From: Defluviicoccus sp.
GTDB lineage: Bacteria > Pseudomonadota > Alphaproteobacteria > MPNO01
Length of the DNA: 64,000 bases
Direction: 5' to 3'
Assembly: GCA_022823775.1 (NCBI GenBank)
Contig: JAJEHI010000010.1
Span: forward strand, 10,233 to 74,232
Positions 1 through 10,607 of this stretch are shown in pieces. A model generated the notes under the pieces. The model was not told the DNA's origin. It did no database searches and saw only the letters and a program-made list of their open reading frames with translations. Each line of letters begins with the position of its first letter. Position 1 is the first letter of the stretch. Made by a program: the position numbers and the translations under genes.

Positions 1-393
1 CACCTCGGACTGGACCAGCTGATCGCGCTTGTTGATCGCCCGCACGCTGGCGATGCGCAGTTTGACGCCGCCGAGATCCCGGAATCGGTTGGCGTAGGCG
101 AGAACGAGAAAATCCTCGAACAGGCGCCGGTATTCCTTGCGCTGGTCGGAAGAGGCGGCGCGCCAGTAGCGCCCCAGCGTGAACCGGGCGATGGTCCCGA
201 GCTCGAAGGTCGCGGTAAGGATCTCGCGAAACGCCTTCGCCCGCTGCTCGTCGGTGATCTCGCCCGTGTAGGACGTGAAGACCTTGTCGGCGGTGCTCTG
301 GATGAAGGCCTCGGCCCCGCCGGCGACCGCCGGCCGGATGAACGGGACCAGCAGCACGGCCGCGACCAGCAGCGCGGCCCAGGGGCGGCGCAC
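1..393 (-). CDS. mlaC: MlaC/Ttg2D phospholipid-binding periplasmic protein (3' end runs off the window)
   Basis: Manual translation from GTG at 393: signal peptide, then AEAFIQ...IARFTLGRYWRAASSDQRKEYRRLFEDFLVLAYANRF; directly downstream of mlaA. Confidence 0.85.
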   Translation of the reverse strand, partial: MRRPWAALLVAAVLLVPFIRPAVAGGAEAFIQSTADKVFTSYTGEITDEQRAKAFREILTATFELGTIARFTLGRYWRAASSDQRKEYRRLFEDFLVLAYANRFRDLGGVKLRIASVRAINKRDQLVQSEV

Positions 394-397
394 GTTC

Positions 398-1264
398 CTA
401 CTTTGCCGGTCGGCGGGCGGGTTCTCTCTCTTCGTCCTCAAGATCTTCCTCGTCGTCGGGAATATCGGGGAGCGGGGGCAACGCCGCTTCGGCTCCGTTG
501 GCGATCGCGTCGCGGCGGTCCTGCCGGTAAAGACTCCGAACGGCCGCATAATAGTCGATCGAAGTCTTTTCCAGGTCGTTCAACAAGTCAAAATTTCGTG
601 CCCGGGCATCGACGATTTCGGCACCGAACCGGGAATAGTTGAATTTCTCGTAGCGGAGATAGGTCCACGGATCGGCGAAATAGTCGACCGCGATGCCGAG
701 CGCATCGCGCGCGTTGGAGGGGCCCAGGAACGGCAGCACGATATAGGGCCCTTCGTCGGCTCCCCAGACCGCCAGCGTCTGGCCGAAATCCTCGTCGCGC
801 CGGACGATCCCCATCTCGCCGGCGATATCGACCGTGCCGGCGAGGCCGACGGTGCTGTTGATCGCGAACCGCAGCAACGTCGCGCCGGCATGGTCCGCAT
901 CGCCCTGCAGCGCGGCGTTCAGGAAGACCGCGGGGCTGCTCAGGTTTTGGAGGAAATTGCCGATCGCGTCCTGGACCGGTTCGGGGACGGCTTCCTTGTA
1001 GACGTAGGCCACCGGCTTGAGGATATACCGGTCCGTCTCGACATTGACCGCGAAGACGACCCGGTTGAGCGGCTCGAGCGGATCGTTGGTCTGCCGGAAG
1101 CTCTCCAGCGCTTCCGGATCGTCGGCCGGCGGAGAGGTCGCGCAGCCCACGGGCCCCAGCCCGGTCAGGCAGAGCAGGGCGATCAGGGCCCGCGCGGGCG
1201 CTCTTCGGAGATCGAACGTTCTTGTCGGCTGCACGCGACTTCCGGAACCTGAGAATAACGCCAT
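398..1264 (-). CDS. mlaA: MlaA/VacJ outer-membrane lipid asymmetry lipoprotein
   Basis: NDPLEPLNRVVFAVN, RFAINSTVGLAG, EDFGQTLAVWG, GPYIVLPFLGPSNARD; lipobox-like VGC; start uncertain (1264 or 1234). Confidence 0.92.
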   Translation of the reverse strand: MALFSGSGSRVQPTRTFDLRRAPARALIALLCLTGLGPVGCATSPPADDPEALESFRQTNDPLEPLNRVVFAVNVETDRYILKPVAYVYKEAVPEPVQDAIGNFLQNLSSPAVFLNAALQGDADHAGATLLRFAINSTVGLAGTVDIAGEMGIVRRDEDFGQTLAVWGADEGPYIVLPFLGPSNARDALGIAVDYFADPWTYLRYEKFNYSRFGAEIVDARARNFDLLNDLEKTSIDYYAAVRSLYRQDRRDAIANGAEAALPPLPDIPDDEEDLEDEEREPARRPAK

Positions 1265-1632
1265 CCGAGCGTTCGCCTTGGAGCAAAGATATGCCGGCCC
1301 GGGGCTCGGCCGTCGATCGGGTCCGCCGGCAACCGGACGACCGGCGCCGGACACCGCTTCCCCCGAAGCGCGCCGAAGTTAATTCGGAGCAACGACGATT
1401 TCCAGTGCGCCCGACCCCTTGGCGGATGCTTTCGCGGCCATGTTGCACAAATATCACTATACGTGCCGGTTTTCCGCAGCCGGCGAATCGCGGTGTATAT
1501 CCATAAGGACCTATATTGGTTACTCGACGGGCGGAGGGCTGGCGCGGATCGGCAACCGGAACGTCGTCGCGCCGGGGCGGACGTGCATCTCTCGCAACGC
1601 CCGTCACGGTCGACGCGGCGCCTTCCTCCCGG

Positions 1633-1745
1633 CGTCATGCCCGGACTCGTTCCGGGCATCCACGTCTCGCGGCATCGCGGTGCAGGCCGGGAGGGAACCG
1701 GGCGGCGGCCCCACGTGGATGCCCGGAACGAGTCCGGGCATGACG
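1633..1745. repeat. CGTC-type REP doublet (REPIN-like), family A, 113 bp
   Basis: CGTCATGCCCGGACTCGTTCCGGGCATCCACGT...ACGTGGATGCCCGGAACGAGTCCGGGCATGACG inverted arms; related copies at 57466 and 60398. Confidence 0.9.
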
Positions 1746-1775
1746 ATGGAGCCTGGAGCGCGCGGCGAAAATCCA

Positions 1776-1811
1776 AACCGGACAGCAGTGGAACGAGTCC
1801 GGGCATGACGG
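1776..1811. repeat. TIR-like end fused to a truncated REP arm (solo right end)
   Basis: 36-mer AACCGGACAGCAGTGGAACGAGTCCGGGCATGACGG identical to 57697-57732. Confidence 0.8.
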
Positions 1812-1865
1812 GGGAATTGCCGCGGGCTTTCCGCCCGCCAAGTCGTATATAAGCCCCCATCCATA

Positions 1866-2807
1866 GTGCGCGAGCGAGGGAGCGGGGACGGCGAGCAGGT
1901 GTTGGAATTGTCTTGGAGTACGGCGCGCGGCGCGCCGCGAGTGTCCTTCGAATTCTTTCCGCCCAGGACAGCGGAGATGGAGGCCGCGCTCTGGTCGACC
2001 GTGAGGCGGCTGGCCCCGCTGGGACCGCGCTTCGTCTCGGTCACCTACGGCGCCGGGGGCGCCACGCGCGACCGGACCCACGCCACGGTGACCCGTATCG
2101 AGCGCGACACGGGGCTCCGCGCCGCCGCGCACCTGACCTGCGTCGCGGCGACCCGCGCGGAGGTCGATGCGGTCGCGCGCCGTTACTGGGACGCCGGCAT
2201 CCGGCACGTCGTCGCGCTGCGGGGCGATCCGCCGAAGGACGCCGAACGCTATACGCCCCACCCGGACGGGTATGAATTCGCCGCCGACCTCGTGGCGGGG
2301 CTGAAGCGTGTCGCCGAATTCGAGATCAGCGTCGCGGCCTATCCGGAGGTGCATCCGGAAGCCCGGGATGCCGCCGCGGACCTCGACAACCTGAAACGCA
2401 AGCTCGACGCCGGAGCGACGCGCGCGATCACCCAGTATTTCTTCGAGGTCGAGACCTATCTCCGCTACCTCGAGCGGGTCCTCGCGGCGGGAATCGACGT
2501 GCCGGTGGTGCCGGGCATCCTGCCGGTGACCAACTTCGCCCAGGTCAAGCGTTTCAGCGCGATGTGCGGCGCGACGGTGCCGGGCTGGATGGCGGACCTC
2601 TTCGAAGGGCTCGACGAGGATCCCGAAACCCGGAAACTGGTCGCCGCGTCCATCGCCGCCGAGCAGTGCCGGGTGCTTCAGGCGAACGGCGTGAACGAGT
2701 TCCACTTCTATACCCTCAACCGGGCGAACCTGACCTACGCGATCGCCCGTATCCTCGGCCTGCGTCCGCGCTCGGACGATTCCGCGCCCGAGGCGGCGGC
2801 GGATTGA
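1866..2807 (+). CDS. metF: 5,10-methylenetetrahydrofolate reductase
   Basis: VSFEFFPP, FVSVTYGAGG, AHLTC, ALRGDPP, AITQYFF, FHFYTLN; start uncertain. Confidence 0.96.
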   Translation: MRERGSGDGEQVLELSWSTARGAPRVSFEFFPPRTAEMEAALWSTVRRLAPLGPRFVSVTYGAGGATRDRTHATVTRIERDTGLRAAAHLTCVAATRAEVDAVARRYWDAGIRHVVALRGDPPKDAERYTPHPDGYEFAADLVAGLKRVAEFEISVAAYPEVHPEARDAAADLDNLKRKLDAGATRAITQYFFEVETYLRYLERVLAAGIDVPVVPGILPVTNFAQVKRFSAMCGATVPGWMADLFEGLDEDPETRKLVAASIAAEQCRVLQANGVNEFHFYTLNRANLTYAIARILGLRPRSDDSAPEAAAD

Positions 2808-2816
2808 GCGGCGGCG

Positions 2817-5800
2817 ATGGCGGGCCCCGCGAGCGCCGGTACGGTGGAGGAACGGCCCGACGAGCGCGCCCGCGCCGGCCGCGTGGACGCGCTGAAGCGG
2901 GCGCTGGCCTCCCGCATTCTCGTGCTCGACGGCGCCATGGGCACGATGATCCAGGATTATCGTCTCGCCGAGGCGGACTATCGGGGCGCCCGCTTCGCCG
3001 ACCACGCGGCGCCGCAAAAGGGCAATAACGACCTCCTGTCCCTGACCCAGCCGGACATCGTCCGCGACATTCATGCGGCGTATCTCGCGGCGGGCGCCGA
3101 CATCGTCGAGACCAACACCTTCAACTCGACCGCGATCGCGATGGCGGACTACCTGATGGAGGACGCGGTCTACGACCTGAACCTCGCGTCCGCCCGGATC
3201 GCGCGCGAGGCCGCCGACGCACAGGCCGCGCTCACGCCCGCGCGGCCGCGCTTCGTCGCGGGCGTCCTGGGGCCGACGAACCGGACCGCGTCCATCTCGC
3301 CCGACGTCAACGATCCCGGGTTCCGGAACGCCGATTTCGACGCGCTGGCCGCCGCATATCGCGAGGCCGCGTCGGGGCTGGTCGATGGCGGCGCCGATTT
3401 CCTGTTGATCGAGACGGTATTCGACGTCCTCAACTGCAAGGCCGCGATCTTCGCCGCCCAATCGGCGTTCGACGAGCGCGGCGTACGTCTCCCGATCATG
3501 GTTTCCGGCACGATTACCGACGCCAGCGGACGGACTCTCACCGGCCAGACCCCGGAAGCGTTCGTCAATTCGATCGCCCACGCCGAGCCCCTGGTCGTCG
3601 GGCTCAACTGCGCGCTCGGCGCGGCGCAGCTGCGGCCTCACATCGAGGAAATCGCGCGCTGCAGCGAGGCCTTCGTGGGTTGCCATCCCAACGCCGGCCT
3701 TCCCAACGCCTTCGGCGGATACGACCAGACGCCGGAGGAAATGCGGGCGGTGCTCAAGGAGTTCGCCGACTCGGGCTTCGTCAACCTGGTGGGCGGCTGC
3801 TGCGGGACCACGCCGGCGCATATCGAAGCGATCGCCGACGCGGTCGCCGGCGTACCCGCCCGCACGCCCGCGCGCCGCGCTCCGGTCTGCCGCCTGAGCG
3901 GCCTGGAACCCCTCGCGATCGAGCCCGGCTCCCTGTTCGTCAACGTGGGCGAACGGACCAACGTCACCGGCTCCGCCCGGTTCGCCAGGCTCATCAAGGA
4001 GGGCGACTTCGAGACGGCGCTCGACATCGCGCGCCAGCAGGTCGAGAACGGAGCCCAGATCGTCGACGTCAACATGGACGAGGGGCTGCTGGATTCGAAG
4101 GCGGCGATGGTCCGGTTCCTCAACCTTATCGCCGCCGAGCCCGACATATGCCGGGTGCCCGTGATGATCGACTCATCCGACTGGTCGGTCATCGAGGCCG
4201 GGCTCAAATGCATCCAGGGCAAGGGCGTCGTCAATTCGATCAGCCTCAAGGAAGGCGAAGAGGCGTTCGTCGCGCAGGCGCGGTCGATCCGACGCTACGG
4301 CGCGGCGGCGGTCGTCATGGCCTTCGACGAGCGGGGCCAGGCCGACACCGCCGCTCGCAAGCTCGAGATCTGCACCCGCGCATACCGAATCCTCGTCGAC
4401 CGGGTGGGCTTCCCGCCGGAGGACATCGTCTTCGACCCCAACATCTTCGCGGTGGCCACCGGGATCGAGGAGCACGCCCGGTACGCGCTCGACTTCATCG
4501 AGGCGGTCGAGGGCATCAAGAAGACCCTGCCGCACGCGCTCGTAAGCGGCGGCGTTTCCAACGTCTCGTTCTCGTTCCGCGGCAACAACCCGCTCCGCGA
4601 GGCGATGCACTCGGTCTTCCTGTACCACGCGGTCCGCGCCGGAATGGACATGGGAATCGTCAATGCGGGCCAGCTCGGCATCTACGAAGACATAGAGCCC
4701 GAGCTCCGCGAGCGCATCGAGGACGTGGTGCTCGCGCGGCGCGACGATGCGACCGAACGGCTGCTCGCGATCGCCGATTCCGCCAAGGCGAAGACCGCGT
4801 CCGGGGACGGGGACGAATGGCGCGACGAGCCCGTGGAGGCGCGCCTGGTTCACGCCCTGGTCAACGGCATCAACGCGTTCGTGGTGGAGGACGCCGAAGA
4901 GGCCCGGATCGCCGCCCGGCACCCGCTCCACGTGATCGAAGGGCCGCTGATGGACGGGATGAACATCGTGGGCGACCTGTTCGGCGAGGGAAAGATGTTC
5001 CTGCCCCAGGTCGTCAAGAGCGCGCGGGTGATGAAGCAGGCGGTGGCCCACCTGATTCCCTTCATCGAGGCGGAAAAATCGGTGGAAGACAGGGCTTCGG
5101 CCAAGGGCAGGATCGTCATGGCGACGGTCAAGGGCGACGTGCACGACATCGGAAAGAACATCGTGGGCGTGGTTCTGGAGTGCAACAATTTCAAGGTCGT
5201 CGATCTGGGCGTGATGGTTCCCGCGGACCGGATCCTCGCCGCCGCGCGGGAGGAAAACGCGGACCTGATCGGGCTGAGCGGTCTGATCACGCCGTCGCTC
5301 GACGAGATGGTCCATGTCGCCGGCGAATTGCAGCGCACGGGAATGTCCGTGCCCCTCCTGATCGGCGGCGCCACCACGTCGAAGGTGCACACCGCCGTCA
5401 GGATCGCCCCGCAATACGACGCGCCGACGATCCACGTGACGGACGCATCCCGCGCCGTCGGCGTCGCCGCCGGCGTGCTCAACGACGGCACCCGCGACGC
5501 CTATGTCGCATCCGTGGACGAGGATTACGCGGCCCTTCGCGCGGGCTTCGAGCGCCGGGTCGAAGACAGCGGCCTAGCGACCGTCGCCGAGGCGCGCGCC
5601 AACCGTCTCTCGCTCGACTGGACCGACGCCGTACCGCCCCGGCCCCGTCTTCTGGGCACGCGGGTCTTCGACGATTATCCGCTCGCCGACCTGCGGAACC
5701 GGATCGACTGGACGCCGTTCTTCCGCACCTGGGAAATCGCCGGCGTCTATCCGCGCGTTCTCGAGGACGCGGCGGTGGGAGAGGCGGCGCGAAGCCTGTT

Positions 5801-6593
5801 CGACGATGCCCAGAAAATGCTCGACCGGATCGTCGGGGAACGCTGGCTCCGGGCGGCGGGGACGATCGGGATGTTCCCGGCGAACCGTGTCGGCGACGAC
5901 GATATCGCGGTCTATGCCGAAACCGGGTCGGGCTCGATCCTCGCCACGATTCGTACGCTTCGCCAGCAGATGAAGCGCCGGGGATCGCGGCCCAACCTCG
6001 CCCTCGCCGATTTCCTCGCCCCCGCCGAAACCGGGGTCCGGGATCATATCGGGGCCTTCGCCGTGACCGCGGGTCTCGGCATCGAGCCCCACATCGAACG
6101 GTTCGAGGCCGAGAACGACGATTACGGCGCGATCATGCTGCGCGCGCTCGCCGACCGGCTCGCGGAGGCCTTCGCCGAGCGCATGCACGAGCGGGTGCGC
6201 AAGGAATTCTGGGGCTACGATCCGGCCGAGGATCTCGACAACGACGCGCTGATCCGCGAAGACTATCGCGGCATCCGCCCGGCGCCGGGCTATCCCGCCT
6301 GCCCGGACCATTCCGGGAAGGAAACCCTGTTCCGGCTGCTCGGCGCGACCGAGAGCGTCGGCATCGCGCTTACCGAGAGCCTTGCGATGACGCCCGCCGC
6401 CTCCGTCGCCGGCTACTACTTCGCCCATCCGGAGGCCCGTTATTTCGGGGTCGGCAGGATCGGGCGCGACCAGGTGGAGGATTACGCCCTCCGCCGCGGC
6501 ATCCCCCTCGACGAAGCCGAGCGCCTGCTCGCGCCCAACCTGGGCTACGAACCCCGATGCGGGCGCGCCGATGACGGAGACCCGACGCGATGA
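2817..6593 (+). CDS. metH: Cobalamin-dependent methionine synthase
   Basis: [34 protein letters not shown]12 motif, [14 protein letters not shown] activation domain. Confidence 0.98.
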   Translation: MAGPASAGTVEERPDERARAGRVDALKRALASRILVLDGAMGTMIQDYRLAEADYRGARFADHAAPQKGNNDLLSLTQPDIVRDIHAAYLAAGADIVETNTFNSTAIAMADYLMEDAVYDLNLASARIAREAADAQAALTPARPRFVAGVLGPTNRTASISPDVNDPGFRNADFDALAAAYREAASGLVDGGADFLLIETVFDVLNCKAAIFAAQSAFDERGVRLPIMVSGTITDASGRTLTGQTPEAFVNSIAHAEPLVVGLNCALGAAQLRPHIEEIARCSEAFVGCHPNAGLPNAFGGYDQTPEEMRAVLKEFADSGFVNLVGGCCGTTPAHIEAIADAVAGVPARTPARRAPVCRLSGLEPLAIEPGSLFVNVGERTNVTGSARFARLIKEGDFETALDIARQQVENGAQIVDVNMDEGLLDSKAAMVRFLNLIAAEPDICRVPVMIDSSDWSVIEAGLKCIQGKGVVNSISLKEGEEAFVAQARSIRRYGAAAVVMAFDERGQADTAARKLEICTRAYRILVDRVGFPPEDIVFDPNIFAVATGIEEHARYALDFIEAVEGIKKTLPHALVSGGVSNVSFSFRGNNPLREAMHSVFLYHAVRAGMDMGIVNAGQLGIYEDIEPELRERIEDVVLARRDDATERLLAIADSAKAKTASGDGDEWRDEPVEARLVHALVNGINAFVVEDAEEARIAARHPLHVIEGPLMDGMNIVGDLFGEGKMFLPQVVKSARVMKQAVAHLIPFIEAEKSVEDRASAKGRIVMATVKGDVHDIGKNIVGVVLECNNFKVVDLGVMVPADRILAAAREENADLIGLSGLITPSLDEMVHVAGELQRTGMSVPLLIGGATTSKVHTAVRIAPQYDAPTIHVTDASRAVGVAAGVLNDGTRDAYVASVDEDYAALRAGFERRVEDSGLATVAEARANRLSLDWTDAVPPRPRLLGTRVFDDYPLADLRNRIDWTPFFRTWEIAGVYPRVLEDAAVGEAARSLFDDAQKMLDRIVGERWLRAAGTIGMFPANRVGDDDIAVYAETGSGSILATIRTLRQQMKRRGSRPNLALADFLAPAETGVRDHIGAFAVTAGLGIEPHIERFEAENDDYGAIMLRALADRLAEAFAERMHERVRKEFWGYDPAEDLDNDALIREDYRGIRPAPGYPACPDHSGKETLFRLLGATESVGIALTESLAMTPAASVAGYYFAHPEARYFGVGRIGRDQVEDYALRRGIPLDEAERLLAPNLGYEPRCGRADDGDPTR

Positions 6594-7084
6594 CCGGGAT
6601 CGAGACCCCGATGGAAACCCTGCGCGAGACCGTCCGGCCGGAGTGGACCGATTACAACGGACACATGAATCTCGCCTATTTCGTGCTCATGTTCGATCTG
6701 GCGACGGACCGCTTCTATTCCGAATTCGGGCTCGGCGAGGACTACTGCAAGCGCACCGGCCGCTCGACCTTCGCGGTCGAGAGCCACACCGCCTATCTCG
6801 CCGAGCTGCTCGAGGCCGCTGTCGTCCGCTGCACGACGCAGCTCCTGGGGTTCGATGAGAAACGCATGCACTATTTCCACCGCATGTACCGGACGGAGGA
6901 CGGCGTTCTGGCGGCGACCATGGAGCTGATGGCCGTCCACGTCGATCTCGGTCTGCGGAAAGTCGCCCCGATGCCGGACGACATCCAGAGCCGGCTGGGC
7001 GAGATTTTCGTCGCGCACGCCGCGCTGGAACGCCCCCCTCAGGCCGGCCGTGTCATGTATCTCGGCAACCCCGTGAGAAAATAG
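6590..7084 (+). CDS. Hotdog-fold (4HBT-like) thioesterase family protein
   Basis: [17 protein letters not shown] motif; ATGA overlap with metH stop. Confidence 0.85.
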   Translation: MTGIETPMETLRETVRPEWTDYNGHMNLAYFVLMFDLATDRFYSEFGLGEDYCKRTGRSTFAVESHTAYLAELLEAAVVRCTTQLLGFDEKRMHYFHRMYRTEDGVLAATMELMAVHVDLGLRKVAPMPDDIQSRLGEIFVAHAALERPPQAGRVMYLGNPVRK

Positions 7085-7124
7085 GGATTTGCGGCATTCA
7101 GGCTGGCGGGCTACATGTTCGGGC

Positions 7125-7625
7125 ATGTTCGCAAGGTGCCTTGTCACGCTTTGCGTTGTCGCGGGCGCCGCCGGCGCCGGGACGGCACGGGCGGAGTGCG
7201 CGGACCCGGGCGAGCCCGGGGTCGACTGGCGGCGCTGCATTCTCGACCGCCAGGACCTGCGCGGGCTGGACCTCGCGAAGGCCAAGCTTCGCGATGCGTC
7301 CTTCAACCGCGGATTTCTCGACAAGACCAGCATGGCGGGGGCGGACGCCTACCGGGCGAAATTCCTGAGCGCGTCGCTGACCGCCGCCACCTTCGACGGC
7401 GCCCGGCTGGTCGAGGCGGATTTCACCAAGGCCGATCTCACCGGCGCGTCGCTTCGCAAGGCGGACCTCAGGCGGGCGCGGCTGTTCCGGGCGGTTCTCA
7501 GGAACGCCGACCTGAGCGGCGCGAAGCTGCGCGGCGCGGATCTGCTGAACGCGGACTTCACCGGAGCGACATGGGTCGACGGCAAGAGGATCTGCGCGGA
7601 AGGGTCGATCGGCAAATGCCAATAG
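7125..7625 (+). CDS. Secreted pentapeptide-repeat protein
   Basis: Signal peptide ending ARA, tandem A(D/N)LxG/A-type pentapeptides, Cys pairs at both ends. Confidence 0.88.
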   Translation: MFARCLVTLCVVAGAAGAGTARAECADPGEPGVDWRRCILDRQDLRGLDLAKAKLRDASFNRGFLDKTSMAGADAYRAKFLSASLTAATFDGARLVEADFTKADLTGASLRKADLRRARLFRAVLRNADLSGAKLRGADLLNADFTGATWVDGKRICAEGSIGKCQ

Positions 7626-7655
7626 GCGCGGCGGACGGGTGACCGCGACGGATCG

Positions 7656-9470
7656 ATGTCAGAGCGGGCTGCATCCGATCCGGAACCGGCCGCGACGCCG
7701 GCAGAGGCGAGGGCGATTCGCCCGATCCGGCGGCTCGCGCGGTGGCTGCGGGCCGAACCGTTCCTTTCCCTCGTTCTCGCCGCCCTGATCGGTTTCGCCG
7801 GGGCCTATTGCGCGATCGGGTTCCAGGAACTCTATCTCGCCTTCCAGACGATTGCGTTCGGCACCGACGCGGACGCGCTGATCGCGGAGATCGGCGGTCT
7901 CCCGGCGTGGCAGATCGTCGCCGCGCCGACCGCCGGCGGACTTGTCGTAGGGCTGTTCTATCGCTTCGTCATGCCGGGCAAGCGGCCCCAGGGCGTGGCC
8001 GATGTCATGGAGTCGGCCGCGTTCCACTCCGGCAGGATGGACTGGAAGACGGGCCTCGGCGCCGCCGTCGGCAGCGCCGCGTCGATCGGAACCGGGGCGT
8101 CCGTCGGACGTGAGGGACCGGTCATCCATTTGGGCGCGAGCCTCGCCTCGTTCGTCGGCGGGCGGCTTGCCCTGTCGCGGTCGCAGATGGTGACCCTTCT
8201 CGGCTGCGGGGTGGCGGCGGCGATCTCGGCGTCGTTCAACGCGCCGATCGCGGGCGTGTTCTTCGCGCTCGAAGTGGTGATAGGGCATTACGCGCTGAGC
8301 GCCTTCGCGCCGATCGTCATTGCGTCGGTCACCGGAGCGATCGTCGCCCGCATCCATTTCGGCGACTTTCCGGCCTTCATCATCCCGGACCGCGCGATCG
8401 TCTCGTTCCTCGAGTTCCCGGCCTTCCTGCTGCTCGGGCTCGCCAGCGCGCTTGCCGCGATCGCCTTCTTTCGCAGCGTCGAGCTCACGCGAGACGTCGT
8501 CGCGAAGATTCCGTTGCCGGTCTGGACGAAGCCCGCGGCGGGCGGGCTGATCGTCGGGCTGATCGCGCTCGCCTTTCCGAACGTGCTGGGCGTCGGCTAC
8601 GGCACCACCGACGCGGCGCTGCGCGAACTCATCCCGTTCTGGACCCTCGTCGCCCTGCTGATCGCCAAGACGGCGGCAACCGCGATCTCGCTCGGCTCCG
8701 GGTTCGGCGGCGGGGTGTTCAGCCCGTCGCTCTTCATGGGCGCGATGCTGGGCGGCGCATTCGGAATCGTCGCCGCGAGCGTGTTCCCCGAGCTGTCCTC
8801 GGGTCACGGCGTTTACACCCTGGTCGGCATGGGCGCGGTCGCGGGCTGCGTGCTCGGCGCGCCGATCTCGACGACGCTGATCGTGTTCGAGCTCACCGGG
8901 GACTACGCGATCACCATCGCCGTCATGGTCGGGGTCGCCGTCGCTTCGGCCCTGACCCAGGCGCTGCACGGGCGGTCGTTCTTCGAATGGCAGCTCCTGA
9001 CCCGCGGGATCGCCATCAAGGGCGGGCGCGAGCGGGGCCTGCTCGATGCCATTCATGTCAGCGACCTGATGACCGAGCGGTTCCTCACCGTGCGGTCGGG
9101 CGCGGACATGGCGCAGGTGCGGGAGCGACTGCTGCGGGCGCCGCACGGGCAGCTCTTCGTGGTCGACGGCGAAGGCCGGCCGGAAGGAACCATCACCCTC
9201 GCCGATCTATCGAGCTACGCCTTCGACACATCGGACGACGACCACCTTACCGCCGGCGAGGTCGCGCGGCCCAACCCGCCGATAATCCGCGCGGCGGAAA
9301 CCATCGAAAAGGCGCTCGCCCAGATGCTCGAGACCGGCGAGGAACATGTCGGGGTGCTGGAAGACGGCGACGGCGGCCGGCTGGTGGGCGTGGTTCACGA
9401 GGTGGACGTGACGCTCGCCTACAACCGCGCGCTCATGGAGGTCCGGCGAGAGGAACGCGGCGAAGGCTGA
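7656..9470 (+). CDS. ClC-family chloride channel/transporter with CBS domains
   Basis: GASVGREGP, FNAPIAG, GGVFSP, many TM segments, C-terminal CBS pair. Confidence 0.92.
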   Translation: MSERAASDPEPAATPAEARAIRPIRRLARWLRAEPFLSLVLAALIGFAGAYCAIGFQELYLAFQTIAFGTDADALIAEIGGLPAWQIVAAPTAGGLVVGLFYRFVMPGKRPQGVADVMESAAFHSGRMDWKTGLGAAVGSAASIGTGASVGREGPVIHLGASLASFVGGRLALSRSQMVTLLGCGVAAAISASFNAPIAGVFFALEVVIGHYALSAFAPIVIASVTGAIVARIHFGDFPAFIIPDRAIVSFLEFPAFLLLGLASALAAIAFFRSVELTRDVVAKIPLPVWTKPAAGGLIVGLIALAFPNVLGVGYGTTDAALRELIPFWTLVALLIAKTAATAISLGSGFGGGVFSPSLFMGAMLGGAFGIVAASVFPELSSGHGVYTLVGMGAVAGCVLGAPISTTLIVFELTGDYAITIAVMVGVAVASALTQALHGRSFFEWQLLTRGIAIKGGRERGLLDAIHVSDLMTERFLTVRSGADMAQVRERLLRAPHGQLFVVDGEGRPEGTITLADLSSYAFDTSDDDHLTAGEVARPNPPIIRAAETIEKALAQMLETGEEHVGVLEDGDGGRLVGVVHEVDVTLAYNRALMEVRREERGEG

Positions 9471-9476
9471 ACGGGT

Positions 9477-10487
9477 TCAATAGGTGGGCGGCTTCGTGAA
9501 CCAGTTCATGCGGTCGATCGAGCGGATCTTGATATCGGTGGGCCGGTTGCCGCGCAGCACGCTGAGCGGCACTTCGACCCCGGCGGGCCCCAGCCCCCAC
9601 AGGGCCCGGTAATAGCCGGGCAGGGTCGAGACCGCCTTGCCGGCCACGCCGAGCACGAGGTCGCCGGGCTTGAGCCCGGCCCGGTCGGCGGGACCGCCGC
9701 GCGGAACGCGGGTGACGAACAACCTGCCGTGGATCTCCTGCGGGTAGAGGCCGAGCCATGGCCGCGAAGGCCGGGCGGCGCGCCCCTCGGCGATCAGGTC
9801 GGCGAGGATCGGCTTGAGCGCGTCGATCGGCACGAACATGTTGCCGGTGAGCGGCTCGTTTTCCTCCGCCGCGTCGGGCACCATCAGCGAGCCCACCCCG
9901 ACCAGCCTTCCGTCCCCGTCGATCAGCGCGGCACCGCCGAAATGCGGGTGCGCGGGCGCGGTGAAAATCGCCTTTTCCAGCAAATATTCCCACCAGCCCG
10001 CGAAGTCCCGCCGAGAAACGACATAGGCGCCGATCGCCGCGCGGAGCCCGCCGGCGCTCGCCACCACGACCTGGCGGCCGCGGACCAGCGGACCGGACGA
10101 ACCGATGGGGATGGGTTCGACATCCAGCGGACGGGACGCCCGGACCAGCCCGAGCCCGGTTTCGTGATCGTAGGCGAGGACATCCGCGGATACGCGCCGC
10201 GACCCGCCAACGCTCAGCTCGATCGATTCGGCCTCCAGGATCAGGTAGCCGATGGTCAGAACCAGACCCGCGTCGTCGATGACGACGCCGCTGCCCTGGC
10301 GTTTCGTCCCGAGCGCCGCGGCGGTGCGCGCCTCGGCGGGAACCTTGCTTTCCAGCCCTATCACGGCCTCCAGCGGGTTCGAGGCGGCCGGCGGCTCCGC
10401 CGCGGAGACCTGTCCCGCCGCCGTCGCGGCGAACAGGACGCAGGCCAGAAAATTCCCGAGAGGGTACAGAGCGCGTCTTCGGATCAT
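9477..10487 (-). CDS. S1C/HtrA-like trypsin-fold protein with PDZ domain, catalytic residues degenerate
   Basis: GSGVVID...VLTIGYLI, HPHFGGAAL, RPWLGL and GPADRAGLKPGD (PDZ); N-terminal signal peptide. Confidence 0.85.
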   Translation of the reverse strand: MIRRRALYPLGNFLACVLFAATAAGQVSAAEPPAASNPLEAVIGLESKVPAEARTAAALGTKRQGSGVVIDDAGLVLTIGYLILEAESIELSVGGSRRVSADVLAYDHETGLGLVRASRPLDVEPIPIGSSGPLVRGRQVVVASAGGLRAAIGAYVVSRRDFAGWWEYLLEKAIFTAPAHPHFGGAALIDGDGRLVGVGSLMVPDAAEENEPLTGNMFVPIDALKPILADLIAEGRAARPSRPWLGLYPQEIHGRLFVTRVPRGGPADRAGLKPGDLVLGVAGKAVSTLPGYYRALWGLGPAGVEVPLSVLRGNRPTDIKIRSIDRMNWFTKPPTY

Positions 10488-10607
10488 GGCGGCAACTCCG
10501 TTCTGCGGCTCGCCCCCGATATATGGGAAGGGATTCCGACCGGGGCAACGCCGCCGACGGTCGCGAATCGGCCCCGATCCGGGCAGGCCGGGATGGTATG
10601 ATGAGCC

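Noticed and set aside
1633-1811. Repeats as a possible CRISPR array
   Set aside because: Inverted doublets at dispersed sites, no direct repeat-spacer periodicity, no cas genes
1380-1866. SAM or cobalamin riboswitch, or SahR box, upstream of metF
   Set aside because: No recognisable riboswitch core; CATAAGGACCTATAT near 1502 is too weak a match; needs an Rfam scan
1419-2044. Small ORFs with MPGLVPGIH / WMPGTSPGMT peptides (also near 57400 and 60400)
   Set aside because: Translations of the REP arms, not genes
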